From Candidatus Bathyarchaeota archaeon (GTDB lineage Archaea; Thermoproteota; Bathyarchaeia; Bathyarchaeales; Bathycorpusculaceae): a stretch of DNA of 64,000 bases. Positions 41,219 to 50,900 of the stretch are shown here, in pieces. The stretch spans positions 64,001 through 128,000 of the forward strand of contig CAWDYC010000006.1 of assembly GCA_963806535.1 (NCBI GenBank), written 5' to 3'. A program made the translations under genes and the position numbers. Within the stretch, counting starts at the first letter, position 1. Each line of letters begins with the position of its first letter. Under the pieces are notes generated by a model, which was not told the origin of the DNA, made no database searches, and was given only the letters and a program-made list of their open reading frames with translations.

Positions 41219-41863
41219 TTATTTGCGTTTTCTTGCAGATAAAGACTCAACCTGCAAACGAATCAAATCCTGAACCAAAAAGAGCAGTAAAAAACGCGAA
41301 GGACAAGCTGCAGAAAAAACAATTAAGGCGATAGATAGCATAGAGAGAAACAATGGCAAAATTGCTAACCATGGAAACTCTGGAACGGTTGGAGTCGGAG
41401 ATGGTGAAGCGGTTGACGTTGGGGTTGGCGAAGAAGTAGGGCTGGGTAATGTTTGAACTTCAACAATGTTGGAGAAAGCTCCACCAAGGTAATCTGCTGC
41501 GAGAATATAGAAGTGATATGTTGTGGAAGAAGATAAGTTAGCTATAGTAGTTATGGTCTGCTGACTATCTGTTGAAGTCCAAATGTCTTCGTAATTTGAA
41601 ACTCCATATAGGGGGGTTTGAGGGTCAAAAGTTTTGTTTGACATACGCAAAGTGTAGTAGTCAAAAAAAGGGTGTCCAGGAATTGGCACAAAACTTGCTG
41701 GGGGCTTGTCACTTGTCCAATACAATGTAACTGATGTATCTGTAATTTCTGTTGCATTAAGTGATATAGTCAGTGGTGCTTTAACATTTTGTGGCAAGGC
41801 TATCACTGAAGCTACGAAAACCAGAAGAAACATTAAAGCGAAACTCTTGCTTATTTTACCCAT
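41219..41863 (-). CDS. Fibronectin type III surface protein with PEF-CTERM signal, tail interrupted by repeat copy D
   Basis: ATG at 41863 MGKISKSFAL; ITDTSVTLYW...NLSSSTTYHFYI FN3 pattern; VPEFPW-TM. Confidence 0.8.
   Translation of the reverse strand: MGKISKSFALMFLLVFVASVIALPQNVKAPLTISLNATEITDTSVTLYWTSDKPPASFVPIPGHPFFDYYTLRMSNKTFDPQTPLYGVSNYEDIWTSTDSQQTITTIANLSSSTTYHFYILAADYLGGAFSNIVEVQTLPSPTSSPTPTSTASPSPTPTVPEFPWLAILPLFLSMLSIALIVFSAACPSRFLLLFLVQDLIRLQVESLSARKRK
41244..41320 (+). repeat. Element tail, copy D (inside the 3' end of the FN3 gene)
   Basis: GACTCAACCTGCAAACGAATCAAATCCTGAACCAAAAAGAGCAG...GGACAAGCTGCAG. Confidence 0.7.
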
Positions 41864-41888
41864 GCTTAGTGTTAAGAAATTATAGGCG

Positions 41889-41942
41889 ATAAAAGGCTTC
41901 CAGTAAAAGTTTCTTGACTGAATAAAGTCAACATTTTTTGAC
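41889..41942 (-). promoter_or_regulatory. Conserved promoter module with TTGAC-N8-GTCAA palindrome (copy 3)
   Basis: ATAAAAGGCTTCCAGTAAAAGTTTCTTGACTGAATAAAGTCAACATTTTTTGAC. Confidence 0.7.
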
Positions 41943-42033
41943 AAAGAATTGGGCTATTTCAAGCCATGCAGATTTAGGAGTTATCAAAATTGAATTTATT
42001 TGTTAATCATAATTATGGAAAAATATTGGAGAC

Positions 42034-42315
42034 TTACGAATCCCCGTTTCCGTTCTCTTTCAAAACCCGTTCTAAATCTTTCTTCTTATAAACTTGAGCT
42101 AACTTATCGACGGCATCATTTAGATCAAATTTTGAATCTTCATGTTTTATAGCTGTGATTGTTTTTAGCCCTAAGTCTTCCATTACTTCTTGAATCATTT
42201 TTCTCTTTTCATCCTCAGTCAGCAGCTTATCAAGCATCTTGATCAACACTTGCTGTTTAAATCGTTCTTTTTTGAGTTCTTCCAATTCCTTCAGCAGCGT
42301 TGTGTTTCCGTTTCC
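42034..42315 (-). pseudogene. C-terminal remnant of an unknown coiled-coil protein
   Basis: Frame reads GNGNTTLLKELEELKKERF... with no convincing start; abuts a LysW-like fragment on the opposite strand. Confidence 0.4.
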
Positions 42316-42421
42316 GTTGCCTGGCGAAACTATTCAGTGTCCTGACTGTGGTACGGAACTTAAGGTGGGCGCGGGTAAGCAGCTTAGCGCTGTTGAGCTG
42401 CAGGATTTGTATTGGGGCGAA
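42314..42421 (+). pseudogene. LysW-like 3' fragment
   Basis: PLPGETIQCPDCGTELKV...ELQDLYWGE resembles the LysW second zinc knuckle and EDWGE tail; first CxxC and start are missing. Confidence 0.5.
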
Positions 42422-42490
42422 TCTGATCGGGATTCAAAATAATTTTTGTTAGGTGCTGTGGAGGTTTTTAAGATTTGAGGGCTGGGGAGG

Positions 42491-42640
42491 GTCTTTTTGT
42501 GACTTTCTGTGACTTTTTATGACGCGTAGTGACTTTTGGTGACTTCCTATGACTTCTAGTGACTTATAGTGACGCGTCCTGCAACTAACCCAAACCCCAA
42601 ACCAAAAAACCAAACTGAAACACAAAGAACAAATTTGCGT
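42491..42640 (+). repeat. Decamer-array + tail element, copy E
   Basis: GAC every 10 bp from 42501 to 42571 (8 units), then CCTGCAAC...AAAAAACCAAACTGAAACACAAAGAACAAATTTGCG. Confidence 0.9.
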
Positions 42641-42877
42641 AAGAAAATGCAGTAGAGACGCCTAAGCTTCACTTCTTGAAAGTTTACGCCAACTTCTTCC
42701 TTTTTCTCACATTTTATATTACTATAAATTCTTGCTGATAAGGAATTACTGCATTTATGTAGGAAATGGATATGACTGATGTTTCATTATTTTATAAGAT
42801 AACTTTCTGATGCAAAGGAGGACTTAAGATCCTATGGCGCAGGCATGGCGTCAGCGTGTGTAAAAACTAAAATCAGC

Positions 42878-43873
42878 TCAGAAAATTGCTTCAAAGGTCT
42901 TCGGGCTGTGTGGCGCACCCAGGAAGGGGAACTCGTTCAGCAGGTCAGTGTGCGGTCCGCATTTGTCCCATGTCAGCCTGCCATTATACACGGTTAGAAA
43001 GACATCTTTCGAGTCATCTATAGGTGTGCGTCCGTTTCCGGGATATGCCGCGGCCTTCTTGGGGTCGTATGGTAAGACATCAGGCAGCAGGCTCCTGGCT
43101 GCTGCTTTGGCCCCTTCAGGGGTGTAACCGCCAGTGTGCTCCAGGACGTGTGCGAACATTGCTACAAATCTCTCGTCTTGCGCTGGTTCGCCTTCGAGGT
43201 ACGCGTCTTTTTCTGCGTCCGTCATAAAGGGGGTCTGAGTGGGCCGTGCTCCGCGGTCGGCTTGTACCCAGCTGCCGTCAACTAGCAAGAGAGACCTATG
43301 CCATAGGTTCACACTCACTCCGCCGCCAAGGTCGCTGACGGGCAACTCCAAGGCTATGCTGCAAACATCTTTGTCTGCGAAGAAGTCTGTTCCCGTGAAC
43401 TGCATCTTGTTCTGAGCACCAGCCAGATCAAAGAAGAATGGGTCGCTGCGCCAGCCGGCAAACAAGCGATATGCACCAGACTCAGTTATCCGCGCCTCGT
43501 GACCCATCGACACGGGCGCTCCCTGGAATATGACTTTTCCTTCCTCACCTCTGCCGGTAACTTCGGATCCTTCTACACGTCGCACGGTCGCTGTCATTGA
43601 ACCATTGACGTTGCGGAAGAAGCGCGTTCGATACGCGATGTCTGCGACCATGTCCTCGTTTGTATCCACTCTTAGTTCATAGAGTGCCTCTGGTGCGAAG
43701 GGGTCGGTGGTTGTCGGTCCTGGTGGATTGAGCCCAAATGAAGGATGCATGTTCGTAATTACGATTGACTTGCTGGGATCGCCGGGTTTGGGGAATGCGA
43801 AAAGGTCAGTTATATCTAAACGAGCGTCTCCCCGAGGGAAGCCAAAGTTCGGTCCAGAATAATGGTGTGTCAT
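42878..43873 (-). CDS. DUF4331-family protein
   Basis: MTHHYSG...DITDLFAF, FAGWRSDPFFFD, NGRTPIDD, FPFLGAPH; visibly higher GC than its flanks. Confidence 0.85.
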   Translation of the reverse strand: MTHHYSGPNFGFPRGDARLDITDLFAFPKPGDPSKSIVITNMHPSFGLNPPGPTTTDPFAPEALYELRVDTNEDMVADIAYRTRFFRNVNGSMTATVRRVEGSEVTGRGEEGKVIFQGAPVSMGHEARITESGAYRLFAGWRSDPFFFDLAGAQNKMQFTGTDFFADKDVCSIALELPVSDLGGGVSVNLWHRSLLLVDGSWVQADRGARPTQTPFMTDAEKDAYLEGEPAQDERFVAMFAHVLEHTGGYTPEGAKAAARSLLPDVLPYDPKKAAAYPGNGRTPIDDSKDVFLTVYNGRLTWDKCGPHTDLLNEFPFLGAPHSPKTFEAIF

Positions 43874-44273
43874 GTTCTTAACCTCTAAAAACGCTGTTTG
43901 ACTATTGAGTTTTCTAACATACAAACTTTTGTGGTTACATTAAGTTGCTACATTGGAAAACAAAAACCACGACCTAGTCATCATTTTTCAAGTACATGAC
44001 ATAACCTTACGAACCATTTGGCTCTTGGACCGAGCGATTCCAACAAACTCCAGTTATTCATAGCTTTTCGCGTAGAATTCAAAGGTGCATGTAAACCTAA
44101 CCCCCGGCACCACTATTTTGAAAACCACTGGGCGTTTGTCTAGGCGATGAATTTTGCTTATTTTGGAATTGGAACTCCGTGATTAAGCAAATTTTATATA
44201 ACGGCCCAGTTTAAGAACAAAGATAAGTAAACCTGAAAATCGGGTTGAAAACTCTTTCCAAAAATGTATCCCA

Positions 44274-44714
44274 TTGAGGTTAAACATGATCTCAAACATT
44301 TCTAATCGAGCAGGGACGAAACTTTCAAGAAACGTCATTATATTTGCCATAGTGATGATTGTGAACGTCGTGGTAATCATCCTCTTAACCCCAATCGGCT
44401 TTGAGACCCGCCCGCAATCCGACTTAAAGCCCTTAGGCTACATCGCGATTGCCACTATTTTTGTCGGTCTCGCACTGGACATAGCGTCAATCGGACTTCT
44501 CTTCAAGAGAGTTAGATTAGCTTCGAGCCTGGCGATCGTCAGCTCGGTCCTCTTCTTTGTGATCATTTCAGTAGATCGAACCGGATCCTTTTTCTCGGTG
44601 CCGATTCCCCCTGCAATTAATACCCTCGAATACCTCTTAATTGCTGTACTAATCGTTACTCTCTTTATAGCGTCAGTGGTCTACAGAGGAAGTAAGCCCG
44701 CTTCAAGCAAATGA
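44274..44714 (+). CDS. Four-TM membrane protein
   Basis: Hydrophobic segments and a TPIGFETRP motif. Confidence 0.6.
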   Translation: MRLNMISNISNRAGTKLSRNVIIFAIVMIVNVVVIILLTPIGFETRPQSDLKPLGYIAIATIFVGLALDIASIGLLFKRVRLASSLAIVSSVLFFVIISVDRTGSFFSVPIPPAINTLEYLLIAVLIVTLFIASVVYRGSKPASSK

Positions 44715-44886
44715 ATTCTGTCGAACAAGTCCTTTCCGTTAAGCTTTGGAGATTCTAAGTCATATTCGAGTTTTTTTTGGGTAAAAACATTGCTAGAATT
44801 GAACCTGAAGGTTCAAAAGGTTCTTTTCTCCAACCCACCTCAAACCTTAAGGAAGTCACTCGATAAAGTTTCTTTCCAAATTCCCT

Positions 44887-45132
44887 TTATGTTTAAGCTT
44901 GAACGCCATCAAGAGCACAAAACCAAATAAAAAATACAAACTGAAATACAAAGAAAAAAATTGCACTCAGAAGTGTCTTAAACTAAATCTTTTAATGGAA
45001 AAAGCAGCCTTAGGTTTGCACAGGTTTACGTGCTTGTGCGTGCTTTTGCTTGTGTTTGCGTGTTTTTGCTTTGGTTTGCATCCTTGTACGTAGCTTGCAA
45101 GAGATTTAGAAACAAAATCAAAAAAGAAACTT
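44887..45132 (+). repeat. ~240-bp direct repeat, copy 2 (decamer-array element with TGC/TAC units)
   Basis: Near-identical to 40010-40250; TGC/TAC every 10 bp from 45017 to 45087. Confidence 0.9.
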
Positions 45133-45229
45133 GAAACAACTTGAACAAAAAATTCGATACATGCATAAGTCAATCCAACATAGCATAAAGCTAATCAGAT
45201 GTTTATCTGCAAAAAATTAGATCGATTGT

Positions 45230-47775
45230 TCAAGTCACTGCTAACCAAGCGGCGTCGTAAGCCGTCAGTTGCGAAGGAACGAGACTAACCTCCACTATGT
45301 ATGTTCCAGCAACATTTGGAATATTCCAAGCGAAACTGTACTCACTCACTGAGTCTGCAGTCACGTTTACTGTTTGAAAATCAAAATAATAGTATTTGTT
45401 GGGACCAGTAACCGTTAAAGTTAGAGTTGAGTTCAGGGCAGGATTCAGCTGGTTAAGCACATCTACGGTAAACGTCAAAGGTTGTGCTCGACTGTACTGG
45501 GCTTGGTTTGGGTTAACACTCAAGAAGAGATGTACGGTTGATTTGGGTGTGCTTGTTAAAGTGAATTGTCCGCTGCCGGAGTCTTCTCTTGCAAGTTTTA
45601 CGACGAGGTAGTATTCTCCTGAGAATGTTGGGGTGTAACTGATGTTTTCAAAGCCGCCCAGAGTCGTGTTAGTGCTTTTAGCATCGATGATTGGTTCACC
45701 GTACAATGTTCCCGTTGTAGTTGTAGAAGTACAAGTCGTAATCTGCACCCGCCGGCACTGTCAAGGAAAAATTATAAGTGGTTCCTGCGAGTAACTGGAC
45801 GTTTCTTGCCCACGCGAGCCTCTGACCAAGAACCGCAATGTTGCTGGTGGTAGGCGGCGAACCCAAACTGTCTGTGACTGTTGTTCCAACCTTGTAGGTC
45901 TTCAATACGGCATCTGCCGCTGCGTCAACGTTTATTCTTCCATAACCTTCCTGTACGTCTTTGCCTCCGCGGTCAAGCGTCGGGCTTGTCGCTGTGGTTC
46001 CTCCTTCTCGAAGATTCGGATAAGTTTCTGTGGCTGTCATCAATAGAGTCGTTTTGGGCATGAGAGCTTGACTTCTCGTCCAATTCCACGCGCTATATCC
46101 TCCAATAGCTTGCTCAACCAATTCGGCAGCTCCCGAAACCACAGGCGTAGCCATAGATGTACCCTGCATAGGCGCAGCATCGTTAGGCTGCAAATCGGAA
46201 AAACCGCCTTCAGCATCATTATAATTTGAGTCAGCACTGAATAGCGGCGCAGCAAAGAAGCTCCCTCCAGGAGCCGTTATGTCAGGTTTTACCGTGTTCC
46301 CGGTGTATAAGGAAGTGCCTCCTTGGCTGCTGAAGCTTGATATGTCGTCAAACTGGTTCATCGCCGCGACAGTTATGACCTCATCCACTGAACCCGGAGT
46401 AAAAATGTTGTTAGCGCCTGAACCACTGTTGCCAGCCGCCACCACAGTGCTAATTCCAGCATTCACAAGATTAACCACTGCTGAATCAACCGAAGTCACC
46501 TCTGATGAGAACCCTAAGCTCATGCTTGCGACTGTTATATGATAATTCACTCTGTTTGAAATCACCCAATTAATACCGCTAATAAGTCCATTTGAAGATC
46601 CAGAACCAGTAGAGTCCAGTACTTTTACACCGACCAACTTTGATTGAGGCGCTAAACCAGTCCAAGCCGAAAAGCCATCCGAAGGCGGCGAATAAGGCCA
46701 AGACATGGTGAAAACAACATAAAGATTTCCTGTTCCGCTTGTTAGCGTGAGTGAAGGATGGTATAGATCAAAGCCACCCGAAGGCGTCGAAGCCACGTTA
46801 TAGGTTAGACTGTAAAGTGTGTTTTTACTGGGTGTACTAACGGAAGCTACTTGACTCCAAGATCCAGAGCTTAGAGCTTTTGCCGCCATACAAGAGCGGA
46901 AGCGCGGAGACCTTTGCTGAACCCGTATTCGTCCACTCGACCTTCAAAGTTATTGGACCCGTCTTGTTCACCATCATACCAGTTATGAAATACGTGCCTG
47001 GAGAGGTCACTGCTCCAAGGTTAGCGCTCCAAGTAGCCGTCGCGTAACCAGAAGAGTCAACGCTGAAAAATCCGTCTCCAGCCGCCAACCCAGAAACGTG
47101 GGAACCATGCCCGTTATCGTCATAAGGGGTTGTTGTTGATGTTACTTGGTTGTTCCAACCTACTATCTTATCTGAGAAATTCAGGTTTCCATAGCCTGGA
47201 GAAAAGTCTGGGTGGGATGCATCAATTCCTGTGTCAATTATTGCGGCTGCCGAATTGGGATCTCCTTGGAGTCCAAGGCTGTTCCACACGTATGGTCTGG
47301 CGCCCACTTGTGTGGCAGCGTAAGCTAAACTGGCATTGCAAACTGCTTCTTTCTCAACCAGCAGCAAATCAGGACAGCTCTTTGCGAAACCCAAGATTTT
47401 GCCGTATGGTATGTGACCGCCAAACCCGAAAATTGCATCAGTCCAAAGCGAAGTCGTTAAGATGCCTTCTGAAGAAGAGAAAGGCAACACATCGCTGGTA
47501 GTTGGCGCTGCCTTCAACATAACCGTGACATTCACATTCTCTGCCAAGCTACTTGTTAAGCCAGCCCGCGCATTGATTTCCGCGTCCAAACTATCAGCAA
47601 CTCCATTATGATCCTTATCAACATCAGAAGGGACGACCATAGAAGGAACGAAGTTTGCTACTGAATTAGAAGGAGAAGACTGAGCGAGAGTGTTGATTTG
47701 CATAGCATTCATAGGAATAGCAGCTAAAACCAATAGTGCGACGATTATTAGCCCCGACAAAATTGCCTTCCTCAA
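45230..47775 (-). CDS. Secreted S8 subtilisin-like serine protease (frameshifts near 46880 and 45730)
   Basis: IIDTGID, NGHGSHVSG, AAGNSG and GTSMATPVVSG catalytic motifs; PPC-like and Ig-like C-terminal domains. Confidence 0.9.
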
Positions 47776-47990
47776 GCTTCGCCTTCCCCAAATTCATTAA
47801 AACAATTATCCAAAATCATGAACAACCCCAAATATAGCTCTTATTGCTTAGGCCGAGCAGCTGCTTGATGTCTCCCTAATACAATTTTTGTCCTCTGGTC
47901 GATTCCCACAAGCTAATTACTGCTCGCTTCATGCGCAATGCATAAGAATTGGATATATTGCGTAGTTAGAAATACCCCTTAAATTTACTC

Positions 47991-50900
47991 ATGATGGTTG
48001 GTTTCATTGGGAAGGCGTACAAAGACATGAGTTTTCCTAACAGACAAATAGCAAGAGCCCTAAAAAAACCGGCAATATGCATCTTGGTATTTCTAACCCT
48101 GTCAGTTGTCTTCACAAATGTCCACGCCGCCACAACTGGAATGTGGACAACAAAAGCGCCTATACCAGTTAATAGAGCAGATGTACCAGCTGTTCCATAC
48201 AATAATATGCTCTATATTTTTGGCGGCTACGAGCACTCTTATGGCGGCGGCCAAGCCGAAGTCTACGCTTACAATCCAGCGACAGACTCTTGGGCTCAAA
48301 AAGCTTCAATGAATTATGCCCGTTGGGGTGAGGCAGCAGCAGCCCTTAATGGATTTGCTTATGTTTTTGGTGGAGATAACGGAGCAGATGTCTACCCGGT
48401 TGAAGCTTACAACTTTGCAAGCAACAGTTGGACCATAAAGAATGATTTGCCAAGCGACTTGGTTGGACAAGGAGAAATGGCTGTTGCTGTTGGTTCATTG
48501 ATCTATGTTTTTGGTGGATGGAGCGGACAAAGTGCTTATTCTTACAATCCTTCTACTGATTCATACACTCAATTAGCAAATATTCCATATTCAACCAGAT
48601 GGGGGGAATGCGCCTACGTTAATGTCAATGGTCAGGATCGAATATACATTATGGCTGGATTCACTTCCGGTGTAGCCGAAGTAAACACAATGTACTATTA
48701 CACACCAGCTAACAATCAGTGGACTTATGCCGGAACAACTCCATACGCAGAATTCGGCGGATTAAGAGACAATCCAGTTATCAACGGATTAATATACTTC
48801 GGATACGGGCAAGCAAGCAACCTTGGAACCTTTTATAGCAATTTGTATACTTACGATCCGAATACTGCTACTTGGACTCAGCTTCCAAGCGGAACATACC
48901 AAAGAGATGGTGTTGGTTGCGCAGTAGTCAATGGCAACCTCTATGTTATCGGTGGAAGAAATTCATATACGCCTGACATCCCCGGGTTAAACTATAATGA
49001 ACAATATAGTTCTGGTTCACTAAGCGTCAGTATTAGTCCAACACACGTCATAATGTACCTTAACCAAACAAAAACATTCACATCTTCAGTTTCAGGCGGC
49101 ACCGCTCCTTATTCATATCAATGGTATCTAAACAGCAACGCTGTTCAAGGAGCAAAAAGCAGCACGTGGAACTTCACACCCACCCAAACCGGAACCTACA
49201 ACGTCTACGTCACCGTCACCGACAACCTCAACAACCACGCTCAATCCAACATAGTAAACAACATAATAGTTAACCCCCCGCTACAACAGACCCCTCTAGT
49301 CCCTGATTGGTCAAATGTTACCCAAGATTTCTTCACACTAGTTCCCGGCACAGTGGAACCAGTTCTATCAGGAGCCAGTGTAACTGATCGAACCGCCGAC
49401 TTTGTTGCCGACCCCTTTATGTTTCATGAAGGAAACACGTGGTACATGTTCTTTGAAGTCGGTCAAAACAACGGTGAGTATTCCGAGATTGGTTTAGCAA
49501 CAAGTCCTGATGGATTTACCTGGACTTATCAGCAAATAGTACTCTCTGAACCCTTTGCTATGGCGTTTCCTTACGTCTTCAAGTGGCAAGGCAACTACTA
49601 TTTAATGCCTGAAACATACTCTGAAAATGAAGTAAGACTTTATGAAGCCACAAACTTCCCATACGATTGGACGTTTGTCAACAACATAATCTCAGGCCAA
49701 AGCTTCATACCTGTAGACTCCCAAATCTTCCGTTATAACAACTTGTGGTGGATGTTTACCGGGGACGACCGCAATTGTTATGTCTTTTACTCAAACAACC
49801 TTATCGATCCATCAGCTTGGCACATGACATCGTACAGCCCCATAGTTACAGACGATTCTTCAGAGGCGCGTGGAGGCGGAAGAACCATTGTATTTGACAA
49901 TGGCACAATTATCAGATTAACTCAAATGAACAATGAGTCATACGGTCAAGCAGTTCGGGCTTTTCAAGTTGACACGTTAACTCTAACTAGTTTTTCAGAG
50001 CACGAAATTCCCCAAAGCCCGATTGTGGAAGCGACTAACAGTCCTGACGGCGGCTGGAATTACTATGCTATGCATACTGTTGACCCATGGTGGACTGGCA
50101 ACGGCTGGATAGCTTGCGTAGACGGGGGCGGAGACGATTGGTGGACCATTGGAATCTACGTATCACCTCTAAACGCAACTATAAGTCCAACTCAAGTTAG
50201 AATGGACCTCAGCCAAAAACAAGTCTTCACTGCATCAGCTTACGGCGGCACCCCACCCTACACATATCAATGGGTTTTGAACGGCACAAACGTATCTGGA
50301 GCAACCGGCAGCACTTGGTCATTTACCCCCACTCAAACAGGACATTACAATGTCTATGTCACAGTAACTGACAGCTTCAGCACCCAAGTCCAATCCAATA
50401 TAGTAAACAACATTACAGTTTACAATCCCCCTTCAGTCTCGATTAGTCCCTCTTCCCCAAAGATTACTTTGGGAGCTTCACAACTGTTCAGCTCCACCGT
50501 TTCTGGAGGAGTTACACCTTACACTTATCAATGGTACTCAAACAACACCGCAGTTCCAAACGCAATAAATCCAACATTTAACTTCACCCCTAACGCGGTG
50601 GGAACCTATAACATCTTTCTCAACGTAACCGACAACTCCAGCTACAAAATCCAATCCAACACAGTGGTTCTTACCGTTTATTCACAGCCTTCAGTAACGA
50701 TCAGTCCAAACTCAGTGAACATGACTATTAATGCCACTCAACAATTCACCTCCACTGTAGCCGGCGGCCTCTCACCCTACAATTACCAATGGTACTATTC
50801 CAACGGCACCGCCATTACGGGAGCCACAACTTCAACCTTATCGTTTAAAGCAAATTCTACTGGAACCTACAACATTTACCTAAACGTCACTGACAGCCTC

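Noticed and set aside
42491-42580. CRISPR array
   Set aside because: Units are 10 bp with no 30-40-bp unique spacers, and no cas genes were recognised
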